Shown here piece after piece: positions 46,472 to 54,844 of a stretch of 64,000 bases of DNA (within the stretch, counting starts at the first letter, position 1; the number at the start of each line of letters is the position of its first letter). Source of the DNA: Candidatus Levyibacteriota bacterium (GTDB lineage Bacteria > Patescibacteriota > Microgenomatia > Levybacterales > GWA1-39-11); assembly GCA_018062815.1 (NCBI GenBank), contig JAGORM010000003.1:5378-69377 (forward strand). The letters run 5' to 3'. Both the position numbers and the translations under genes were made by a program. The notes below the pieces were generated by a model. The model saw nothing but the letters and a program-made list of their open reading frames with translations, was not told the DNA's origin and made no database searches.

Positions 46472-46831
46472 ATGACAAAAGATGTAGTGTTTAAAGCTCC
46501 AGATGATTGGCGTGGAAAGATAATAACTCAAGTAAGAAAGCTTATTAAGTTAGCCGACCCAGAAGTAATAGAAGATGTAAAATGGAAAACCCCTACAAAC
46601 CCAAATGGGGTTCTTGTCTGGTATCATGACGGGATGCTTTTAACAGGAGAGATTTATAAGAAGCACTTGAGGCTTTCATTCGCAAAAGGCCCCTTGCTTA
46701 AAAAGCATGATGTTAACGGTCTGATTAATTCGTATAGAGCAATAATTATTACCGAAGAAACTAAATTAGATGAAGCAGGATTTAAAGAACTAATCCGCGA
46801 AGCCGTAAAGCTTAACCAAAAAGGAAAGTAG
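46472..46831 (+). CDS. DUF1801 family protein (second paralog)
   Basis: 'DVKWKTPTNPNGVLVWYHDGMLLTGEIYKKHLRLSFAKG...FKELIREAVKLN'. Extended -10 TGGTAAAAT at about 46452. Confidence 0.55.
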   Translation: MTKDVVFKAPDDWRGKIITQVRKLIKLADPEVIEDVKWKTPTNPNGVLVWYHDGMLLTGEIYKKHLRLSFAKGPLLKKHDVNGLINSYRAIIITEETKLDEAGFKELIREAVKLNQKGK

Positions 46832-46965
46832 TGTTAATAAATAGGTTTGGGGATTAAGCCACATTTTGTTTTTCTGTTTTTTAGCATGTAGTCAGTAAAA
46901 ATCTATTTGGAGTGTTTGAGTTATTATAAATTTATTCATTAGTCCCCGCATGATATAATTTTTCT

Positions 46966-47361
46966 ATGAAAAAGCTTCTTATTCCGCTAGTAATTATCGG
47001 ATTATTGGGTTTTATGGTATTTGCTTTTTATGCCTTCAATATGTTTATTTACAATGAAAAGCAGAGTACTGATGTCCCTGTAGTGCCATATGAGGCGACT
47101 TTGACAGGAGAATACGTTTGCCTTTCAAGTAAAGATAAAAGTGTTCCGCAGACAATGGAATGTGCATTTGGTTTGAAAACAGAAGCCGGTGAGCAATACG
47201 CACTTAACTTTGAAGAAATGGGCGATAAGTCACAATTTAAGACCGGTGAGATAGTTACCCTTTTTGGAACCATTACGCCTCTTGTAGTACTCAGCACTGA
47301 TCATTGGCAAAAGTATGACATTGAGGGAATTTTTTCAGTGAAGGCAAGCAGCAAAAAATAA
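46966..47361 (+). CDS. hypothetical membrane-anchored/secreted protein
   Basis: N-terminal TM/signal 'LLIPLVIIGLLGFMVFAFYAF', 131 aa. Cys pair in 'YVCLSS...TMECAFG'. Confidence 0.35.
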   Translation: MKKLLIPLVIIGLLGFMVFAFYAFNMFIYNEKQSTDVPVVPYEATLTGEYVCLSSKDKSVPQTMECAFGLKTEAGEQYALNFEEMGDKSQFKTGEIVTLFGTITPLVVLSTDHWQKYDIEGIFSVKASSKK

Positions 47362-47425
47362 AACTTCAGGGTTAAGCCCTAATCCGTGATAGTATTGTCA
47401 AAATTGACACCACTAAGCTGTTAAA

Positions 47426-47890
47426 TCATTTTTTGATTTTGAGTCTACTTCTTTTTTGGAAATTCTTTTGAAAGACGCCTGCGACTGTGGCAATCACTCC
47501 AAATGCGAATATCATACAAATACCAAGCATTGTTGGTCCTGCTGGATCATCACCAACCACTACGAAACGGATATAAAACAATGCAGGAATAATAAAACCA
47601 ATAACGCTAAGAAAGGCAAATTTAATATTCCTGAGTGCATTGACGGCACTCTGGGAAAAAGCTTGATTTCTATCTATAAGATTTAATAATTTGAAAGCCT
47701 GGAATAATCCGATAAAAAATGGGACTGAAGCTATGTAAGAGTAGATAATAAGCGGATCTTTATAAATACTTATTATATCTAGGTTTTCAGCTCTTCCTTC
47801 TGTTTGAGGAAAACAAATCAATCCGACAAGCGTGCCGATTGCGATAAGTAAAATAACAATCTTAAAAAGTAGCGTTGATACTCTTTTCAT
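47426..47890 (-). CDS. DUF2975-like integral membrane protein
   Basis: 154 aa, four TM helices, C-terminal basic tail. Confidence 0.45.
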   Translation of the reverse strand: MKRVSTLLFKIVILLIAIGTLVGLICFPQTEGRAENLDIISIYKDPLIIYSYIASVPFFIGLFQAFKLLNLIDRNQAFSQSAVNALRNIKFAFLSVIGFIIPALFYIRFVVVGDDPAGPTMLGICMIFAFGVIATVAGVFQKNFQKRSRLKIKK

Positions 47891-47910
47891 AGAAAATACT
47901 CAGTACAGTA

Positions 47911-47940
47911 AGTGATCTTCAGCCATACTACTATATCACA
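47911..47940 (-). repeat. intergenic repeat element, copy C (inverted orientation)
   Basis: Reverse complement tgtgATATAGTAGtatGGctgaAGATCACT matches copy A (ATATAGTAG..GG..AGATCACT). Lies 20-55 nt upstream of the minus-strand DUF2975 gene start. Confidence 0.5.
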
Positions 47941-48022
47941 TAGTCTATGTTACTGAGCAGATTGAACGTTCCGAGTGATTCAGATCATGTCAATATTAGC
48001 TCAAAGCGCTTAGAATAAGATT

Positions 48023-48181
48023 ATGAAAATTAATGCTGAATGGCATACTAAAAACAAAATGCCGGAAAATCCTACTCTAGATGAAAGAATAAAATGGCAT
48101 TTGGCGCATGCAAAAAACTGTATTTGTCGACCACTTGGGGGGAAGATTTTGGAAGAAATTAAGAAAAGAGGTTTATTATGA
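48023..48181 (+). CDS. small His/Cys-rich protein, translationally coupled to the downstream membrane protein
   Basis: Not in the ORF track (52 aa): 'MKINAEWHTKNKMPENPTLDERIKWHLAHAKNCICRPLGGKILEEIKKRGLL'. Its TGA overlaps the ATG of the 48178 gene (ATGA). Confidence 0.45.
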   Translation: MKINAEWHTKNKMPENPTLDERIKWHLAHAKNCICRPLGGKILEEIKKRGLL

Positions 48182-48543
48182 CTAAACAATTTATAAAAGA
48201 TAGTTTCCTCTGGGGATTTGCTCTTTGGCTTATTGGTTATTTACTTGGAATAATACTTTTTGCGGTAGTGCCACAATCGCTAATTGGTTGGGTGATTATG
48301 CCCATTGGAATACTAATAACTCTTTGGGTATTGCTGAAAAAAGTGAAAGTAGATTCCTTTAGGCACTATGTTTTTATTGGTTCCATTTGGCTGTTAATTG
48401 CAGTTGTCTGCGACTTTTTCTTTATTGTACAGATGCTCAATCCAGTAGACGGGTATTATAAATTAGATGTGTATTTATATTATGCATTAATATTTATACT
48501 TCCTCTCCTGGTAGGTTTGAAAAAGAATATAAAATATAGGTAG
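48178..48543 (+). CDS. hypothetical 4-TM membrane protein
   Basis: 121 aa, four hydrophobic helices. Confidence 0.4.
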   Translation: MTKQFIKDSFLWGFALWLIGYLLGIILFAVVPQSLIGWVIMPIGILITLWVLLKKVKVDSFRHYVFIGSIWLLIAVVCDFFFIVQMLNPVDGYYKLDVYLYYALIFILPLLVGLKKNIKYR

Positions 48544-48564
48544 TAGTTGTGTTAGGATGGAAAT

Positions 48565-48777
48565 ATGTCAAAAAAGAGAGGAAATAAGGACTCCGTTTAC
48601 AAAGTTTTCAGACTTCTTTTAATTGCTCTTATTATTATTCTTGTATGGCGGGGTATAAACGGACTTATTAACGAATTTCTTTTTCCTGAAAATGAAATAC
48701 TAAGTGATGTTGCGTCTATTGTAATTGCTGTGGTAATTTTTGTTTTAGCTAAAATTCGTCTTAAAGAGCTTGATTAG
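48565..48777 (+). CDS. small 2-TM membrane protein
   Basis: 70 aa, N-terminal basic 'MSKKRGNKD', two TM helices. Confidence 0.3.
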   Translation: MSKKRGNKDSVYKVFRLLLIALIIILVWRGINGLINEFLFPENEILSDVASIVIAVVIFVLAKIRLKELD

Positions 48778-48887
48778 TCATGCCTATGATTTGTGTCACA
48801 TTATTTTCTTCCCCATGGTGTATATATAAGTCATAGAGGTAAAAGTGTTACATTGTGTTTTGTTCTATGCGAATGTAGCAAAATAGC

Positions 48888-49241
48888 ATGAAACATTCAT
48901 TTTTAAAAAAGTTTTTTTACTGGACACCGCGAATTTTTAGTATAGGTTTTGTGTTATTCATTTCTGTTTTTGCCCTGGATGTATTTTCTGAATATTCTGG
49001 GCGTGAGATTATTCTGCCTCTTTTTATGCACCTGTTGCCCCCTTTAATCCTTTTAATTACTGTTACTATTGCATGGAAATATGAATTGGTTGGCGCGGTT
49101 ATTTTTCTTGTCTTTTCTATGCTATATGTTTTAGATGTGGGCTTAAGTAGACCATTAAGTTGGTATCTTGTGATTGTTTTGCCCTCTTTAGTAGTAGGTA
49201 TATTTTACTTTTTAAGTTGGATTCAAAGAAGAGAATTTTAA
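48888..49241 (+). CDS. hypothetical 4-TM membrane protein
   Basis: 117 aa, hydrophobic helices. Confidence 0.35.
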   Translation: MKHSFLKKFFYWTPRIFSIGFVLFISVFALDVFSEYSGREIILPLFMHLLPPLILLITVTIAWKYELVGAVIFLVFSMLYVLDVGLSRPLSWYLVIVLPSLVVGIFYFLSWIQRREF

Positions 49242-49304
49242 AAACTTCTGAAAATAATCACAAATAGATTTAATGCAGAAAACGGAATTTAATACAGTCT
49301 ATCT

Positions 49305-50054
49305 TTAGGGATTTGATTTTTTTGATTCTGAGATCAATAAGTCTTCAAATACCCCATGTATTTTTAGGTCAAGTCTGTAAAATTGAATAGTGCGTCCCGT
49401 GTCTCTTATTATTTTTCTAATTTCTGTTTTGCTCAAGACCTTTTTATCCATGAGTTTGATAGAAAGTTCCTGCTTTGCGCCAAACAGAATATAAATTGAA
49501 TTGTCGGGAATACTTTTAGGGTAAGAGGTAAGAGGGGGGAGTATTTCACCAAAACGTATCCGTTCTCTTGGGGTTCTATCTTCCTGGATAGTTTGAAATG
49601 CGTCCCATTCTTTATATCTTCTTTCAGATAAATGCATGGTTTGGAAGCATAGTGCTGCCCCGCATGTGCAGGTGTGAGTGCATGGGGCACAGTTTTTATC
49701 CATTGGACTTAGCTGATAAGACACTGTTATTTGTTCACCCCTAAATATTCTTCTAAGCGCAAAATAAAGAGTATGCCCATGATATGTATACATCCAAACA
49801 TTAGGGGTGCAGGAATGGTTTATTAAATGAATACCAGGCTTTTTAAGGTCAGGGTAAATAGACGCATAGTCATGGTAATACATTAAATAGAAATGTGCAC
49901 CTTTTTCAACCTGATCTTCTTCTTGAGGTCGGATTACGCGTCCTATATAGTCACCAATAACAGTTCCTGCGGGGATTTCATCAGTGGCAAAGATGCCACG
50001 TCCATGGTCTTTTGTATCTTTTATCTCCCATGATGATTCTGGAATTAAAAACAT
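49305..50054 (-). CDS. SET-domain protein (putative protein-lysine methyltransferase) with post-SET Cys cluster
   Basis: 'GRGIFATDEIPAGTVIGDYIGRVI', 'HLINHSCTPNV' (NHSC motif), 'EQITVSYQ', post-SET 'CAPCTHTCTCGAALC'. Extra 100-aa C-terminal region. Confidence 0.75.
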   Translation of the reverse strand: MFLIPESSWEIKDTKDHGRGIFATDEIPAGTVIGDYIGRVIRPQEEDQVEKGAHFYLMYYHDYASIYPDLKKPGIHLINHSCTPNVWMYTYHGHTLYFALRRIFRGEQITVSYQLSPMDKNCAPCTHTCTCGAALCFQTMHLSERRYKEWDAFQTIQEDRTPRERIRFGEILPPLTSYPKSIPDNSIYILFGAKQELSIKLMDKKVLSKTEIRKIIRDTGRTIQFYRLDLKIHGVFEDLLISESKKSNP

Positions 50055-50086
50055 ATGACTTTATGTAACATGAAGCAAAAAGGAAA

Positions 50087-50476
50087 CTATCCGTTGTACT
50101 TTTCGTAAATGAGAAGAGTAAGAGCAATTACAGATGATCCTGCTGCCATAACAGACCATGAAGAATAGTTTTGTGAGCTAGCGATATAAAGTGACACTGA
50201 AAGTGTTAAGGCAGCGAAGAATATGGACCACATGTATTTCCCAGTTCCTAATTTACCCGTTTTTCGCTCATACCCTAGTACAAGAAGTGTAGCAATTGTT
50301 GTGAGAGTACCGATAAGTGGCCATGTATAGGAGCCACCCATAATTCGTGCGTCGCCTACGAAGTAAATATTTAGTGCAGCAGTCACTGCGATAAAAAATA
50401 TAGACCAAAGAAAGTGTCGTTCGTAGATTTTTTTTGTATGCTTAGCTTTTTGTTTATGAACAGATTTTTTGGGCAT
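50087..50476 (-). CDS. hypothetical 4-TM membrane protein
   Basis: 129 aa, basic N-terminus then four TM helices. Confidence 0.35.
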   Translation of the reverse strand: MPKKSVHKQKAKHTKKIYERHFLWSIFFIAVTAALNIYFVGDARIMGGSYTWPLIGTLTTIATLLVLGYERKTGKLGTGKYMWSIFFAALTLSVSLYIASSQNYSSWSVMAAGSSVIALTLLIYEKYNG

Positions 50477-50704
50477 TACTTATTATTCCCATGTTTTGTG
50501 TTTTGTGTCAAGTGGAAAACAATTCAAATATTTGGGGATATAGTAAAGTATGCATTAGCAGTTCATTAAATTCCTACTTGTTTACGTTAGATTTTTTTAT
50601 CTATTCCTTTACTTTGTTTTTTTGTTTCTAATTTAGTTTTTTTCCATGATAATGCTATACCATTAAGAGCATTCGGACAAAATAAAAACACGAAGTTATT
50701 GACA

Positions 50705-51400
50705 ATGGATTGGGGTGGGTGTATAAAGGGTTTTGCTATGAGAGAATCAGAAAAATCTATAATAGGCACTATTGAAACGTTTAGGCAGAAAAGACCCGAA
50801 AGGATAACGCATGAGGAAAATTCTAAATTAGGGGCTTCACTTAGAAGCCAAGTGCAAGATCTTATCCGTCAACATGTTGCACCACCCCAGATTGAAGAGC
50901 ACCCACAAAATATGGATGTGGATACAATTGGCCCAGAGCTTTACTTGAATGCCTCTATTCCTGTACAAAATGGGGAAGTTAAGTTAACTATCACTGCGGA
51001 TTCCTACCCACTAAGATTAAATGAAACAGAAGCGGCTCTTACTGATGAACGCCTAAAAACAGAAGCGGCTGAAAGAAGATTGAGATCAATTGATTATGAA
51101 ATAAGCATTGATGATTTAGACCACTATGTAGTTTTGCATGGCAACTCTCCTACATTAGTTTCACGGCTTTCTGGAGCCGAAGAACATCGTATGCGAGGAT
51201 CATATGCAACTCTTCAGAATGACAGCACAGTCGGTATTAAGGGTTTTAATAAAGGTGACTATGAATTATATTCAGATTTTTTAAATAGATTAGCCACAGA
51301 TCCGTCAATATCTTTCAAGGGTAATGCGCACAATATTGTTGAACATAAACACGGTTTAAAAGCAGGCAATCTAAAAACTCGTCCTGCAGAAATGGGATAA
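50705..51400 (+). CDS. hypothetical soluble protein
   Basis: About 231 aa, no recognisable motif. ATG at 50705 preferred over the TTG at 50699. Confidence 0.35.
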   Translation: MDWGGCIKGFAMRESEKSIIGTIETFRQKRPERITHEENSKLGASLRSQVQDLIRQHVAPPQIEEHPQNMDVDTIGPELYLNASIPVQNGEVKLTITADSYPLRLNETEAALTDERLKTEAAERRLRSIDYEISIDDLDHYVVLHGNSPTLVSRLSGAEEHRMRGSYATLQNDSTVGIKGFNKGDYELYSDFLNRLATDPSISFKGNAHNIVEHKHGLKAGNLKTRPAEMG

Positions 51401-51581
51401 TCCTAACTTGCGCATACTTTTTTAAATACCTGCATGCTTTTCAGTAGCAAATTGAACACGAAGCGCATTGTAACCATTCTCATAGTGCCAGTGTATAGAT
51501 AAACATTTATATACATATGCCAATATTTGGGGTTGTGTTGTAAATTCGAAATAGTGTACAATTAGTAGCATTCTTATACCC

Positions 51582-51836
51582 ATGAAAAAAATAATTCGCC
51601 ATATTGTCTTTTTTAGTGTTCTGTCTGCGGTTCTATTTCCCCCTCGGGCACATGCATATTTGGACCCTGGAACAGGAAGTTATATTTTACAAATCGTAGC
51701 AGCAGTTTTCTTTGCGGGAATTTTTTTAGTTAAGACTTGGTGGACACAAATTAAAGGTTTTTTAGGTAGGTTTGCTAAAAAAGAAGGAAAGGAAGTAAAA
51801 AATTCTGAAAAATCCTCAGGCAAGAAAAAAGAATAA
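51582..51836 (+). CDS. small secreted/membrane protein with lysine-rich tail
   Basis: Signal/TM 'IVFFSVLSAVLFPPRAHA', second hydrophobic segment, K-rich C-terminus. Confidence 0.3.
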   Translation: MKKIIRHIVFFSVLSAVLFPPRAHAYLDPGTGSYILQIVAAVFFAGIFLVKTWWTQIKGFLGRFAKKEGKEVKNSEKSSGKKKE

Positions 51837-51954
51837 TATAAAAAATTCTCCTATATCCGCATCATATAAAGATCCAAGCGGATTTGTCTTTAGTAGAAAC
51901 GGTATTGTCTATCGCCATATAAATGAGTCATATAAAAGTGATTATGAGCTTCTT

Positions 51955-53220
51955 ATGTCATCAGGTCTTTATGAAGAATTAACAGAGGATAAATTGCTAT
52001 TGCCACACAAAGAAATAAATATGCCGGGTCAGAAAGGGGCATGGAAGATTATTGAACCTCAACAGATAGCTTTCATATCATATTGGTATGAGTGGTCGTT
52101 TAGTATGTTAAAACACGCAGCACTTACTACCCTTAGTATTCAAAAAAAAGCCTTGAAGTATGAAATGTCATTGAAGGATGCAAGCGCTTATAATATTCAG
52201 TTTGTCGACAATATGCCGATTCTAATTGATACGCTTTCATTTGAAAAGTACGAAGATGGAAAGCCATGGGTTGCATACAAGCAGTTTGTTGAGCACTTTT
52301 TGTCACCATTGTGTTTGATGTCTTATGTGGATGTAAGACTGAACAGGCTTGGAGAGTCATTCTTAGACGGAATTCCGGTAGAGCTTGCAGCGCATATGCT
52401 TCCTGTCCGTGCCAGACTTAACCCCAGACTTCTTTTTCATATATTTGCTCACGCTTCAACGCAAAAAAAATATTCAAACAAGAAAATAGATAAAGCAACA
52501 AAAAATAGAAAATTTAGTAAGCGTGCATTGCTTGGATTACTTGATAATCTGGAGGGAACAATTAAAAGTCTTAAATGGAGTCCGCAAGGCACTCAATGGG
52601 AAGACTATTATGAAGAAGACAAGAATAACTATAAATCAGTATCATTTAGGCATAAATCAGAATTGGTAGAGAAGTTTGTAAAAGAGAGTCAAGCCAAAAT
52701 TGTTTGGGATATGGGAGCAAACACAGGACATTTTAGTAAGATTGCGGCAAAATCAGCAAAACAGGTATTGGCATTTGACGTTGATTACGGAGCAATTGAG
52801 AAAAACTATCTTCACTTAAGAGACGGAAGTGTTACAAATATTCTTCCTTTATTTTCAGACTTATCAAATCCTACACCGTCACTTGGGTGGGAGGGAGAAG
52901 AGCGTATGTCTTTGTTTGATCGGGGACCGGCAGATACAGTTTTAGCATTGGCGCTTATTCATCACTTAGTGTTTCCGGGGAATGTTCCGTTTTCATACTT
53001 AGCATCATGTTTTTCTAAAATGGGCGAATACCTTATTATTGAATTTATTGAAAAGACAGATTCTCAGGTTCAGATTCTGCTTGCAAACAGAAAGGATATC
53101 TTTCCTTGGTACACCCAAAAGGATTTTGAGGCCGAATTTTCAAATTATTTTGACATAAAAAAGAAGATTGCAATAAAAGACAGCAAAAGAACATTGTACC
53201 TAATGCAGAACAAAGCGTAG
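51955..53220 (+). CDS. class I SAM-dependent methyltransferase with large N-terminal domain
   Basis: Motif I 'KIVWDMGANTGHFSKIAAKSAKQVLAFDVD'. A further 52 in-frame sense codons upstream (from 51799) lack any ATG/GTG/TTG. Confidence 0.7.
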   Translation: MSSGLYEELTEDKLLLPHKEINMPGQKGAWKIIEPQQIAFISYWYEWSFSMLKHAALTTLSIQKKALKYEMSLKDASAYNIQFVDNMPILIDTLSFEKYEDGKPWVAYKQFVEHFLSPLCLMSYVDVRLNRLGESFLDGIPVELAAHMLPVRARLNPRLLFHIFAHASTQKKYSNKKIDKATKNRKFSKRALLGLLDNLEGTIKSLKWSPQGTQWEDYYEEDKNNYKSVSFRHKSELVEKFVKESQAKIVWDMGANTGHFSKIAAKSAKQVLAFDVDYGAIEKNYLHLRDGSVTNILPLFSDLSNPTPSLGWEGEERMSLFDRGPADTVLALALIHHLVFPGNVPFSYLASCFSKMGEYLIIEFIEKTDSQVQILLANRKDIFPWYTQKDFEAEFSNYFDIKKKIAIKDSKRTLYLMQNKA

Positions 53221-53242
53221 TAGTTGCCATTGATGGCATGCC

Positions 53243-54844
53243 ATGAAACGACTCGTAGCATTTGTAAAAAAAAACTATATTTACCTATCCCCATATCTCA
53301 TCGCAATTTATACGGTGCTTTTTTTGTATGCAAACAATCTTCGCCAATACAGGCTAAACGTTTTGCTAACACCTCTTGTGCTGTCACTTGTTTTATCAAT
53401 TTTTGTTTCAGTGGTGGCCTATCTTGTTTTTAGGAAAAAAGATGTTTCCACAGTAGTTGCGTCAGTAGTTGTGTTTATCGTACTTTCTTATAGTAGATTA
53501 TTCTCATTTCTTGAAGTCTACGATTTAAATTTAGGTAGTATATCAATTTCTCATGACCTCATAAGCTTTGTGGGTACTTGTGTAATTATTCTGTTTGTTT
53601 CGTATGTCTCAAGGAAATATAAAGAAAAACTTGTTGTCGTAAACAAATTATTAACATATTTATTTTTTGGATTAATTCTTTTTTCTTCCTTTACAATTAT
53701 AAATTTTGAATTGAAAGCACAAAGAGGTTGGGATGGAGCAGACCATTCACAGACCATAAAAACAGATACTACGAAAGCATCATCTTCAGATCCTGATATA
53801 TATTATTTTATTTTTGATAGGTACGCAGGGCAAAAATCACTATCCGAAGAATACAATTTTGATAATAGTTCCTTTATTTCATATCTTGCGGACAAGGGAT
53901 TTTACGTTGCGTCTGACTCTACAACAAATTATCCTAAAACATTTTTGTCACTAGCTTCATCTTTAAACATGGAATATATGGATTTTTTAACAGATAAGAC
54001 AAACGGTGGGGCATCAGGGGATGAGTCTATTGTTACACCTTATATACGCAGCAGTAAAGTGCTAGAATTTTTAAAAAAAAGAGGATACAGTTTTATAAAT
54101 GTAGGTTCATGGTGGGAGCCTACCAGAGTAAACTCAAATGCTGACATGAATATATTTATGCCTAAAAAAGGGTATTTTAATTCCGATGAATTTACAACTG
54201 GATATCTAAATATTACCGCAGTCTCACCAATTTTTCAGTACATCTTCCATGATCCAGTTGACGTGTCATTGGATCCCCAGAACAATATTCACAGATCTAC
54301 AGCCCTCTATGAATTTAAAGCATTTGATAAAATACCTCAGATTAACGGTCCAAAATTTGTGTTTACCCATATATTATTACCTCATGACCCGTTTGTTTTT
54401 GATAAGAGTTGCAATCCAATTTCTGAGAAAGTTGTAAATTCAATGCATCATCAGGAAAATTATAAAAATCAAATAATATGCACGAATTCCATGATGAAGG
54501 ATATGATTAATAAGATCTTTGTAAGTTCTAAAAATCCACCAGTTATCATTTTACAGGCAGATGAAGGGCCTTTTCCCATGAATGTTCCACTTCCTCCAAA
54601 TCAATCATGGGGGACGGCGGAAACAGCATCGTTACGAGAAAAATTTCCTATTCTCAATGCCTATTACTTTCCAAATAAAAAAACAACAAGTCTTTATGAG
54701 TCTATAACGCCAGTTAATACATTTAGGGTTTTGTTTAATGAATATTTTAACGCAAACTATCCCCTTCTAGAAGACAAGAATTATATATTTCAGGATGAAA
54801 ATAATTATTACAAGTTTATAGATGTTACTGACAGGATAAAGTAA
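53243..54844 (+). CDS. membrane-anchored alkaline-phosphatase-superfamily protein (LtaS/sulfatase-like)
   Basis: Four or five N-terminal TM helices, then a soluble domain starting 'DPDIYYFIFDRYAGQKSL' and containing 'FVFTHILLPHDPFVF'. Call made from architecture. Confidence 0.4.
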   Translation: MKRLVAFVKKNYIYLSPYLIAIYTVLFLYANNLRQYRLNVLLTPLVLSLVLSIFVSVVAYLVFRKKDVSTVVASVVVFIVLSYSRLFSFLEVYDLNLGSISISHDLISFVGTCVIILFVSYVSRKYKEKLVVVNKLLTYLFFGLILFSSFTIINFELKAQRGWDGADHSQTIKTDTTKASSSDPDIYYFIFDRYAGQKSLSEEYNFDNSSFISYLADKGFYVASDSTTNYPKTFLSLASSLNMEYMDFLTDKTNGGASGDESIVTPYIRSSKVLEFLKKRGYSFINVGSWWEPTRVNSNADMNIFMPKKGYFNSDEFTTGYLNITAVSPIFQYIFHDPVDVSLDPQNNIHRSTALYEFKAFDKIPQINGPKFVFTHILLPHDPFVFDKSCNPISEKVVNSMHHQENYKNQIICTNSMMKDMINKIFVSSKNPPVIILQADEGPFPMNVPLPPNQSWGTAETASLREKFPILNAYYFPNKKTTSLYESITPVNTFRVLFNEYFNANYPLLEDKNYIFQDENNYYKFIDVTDRIK

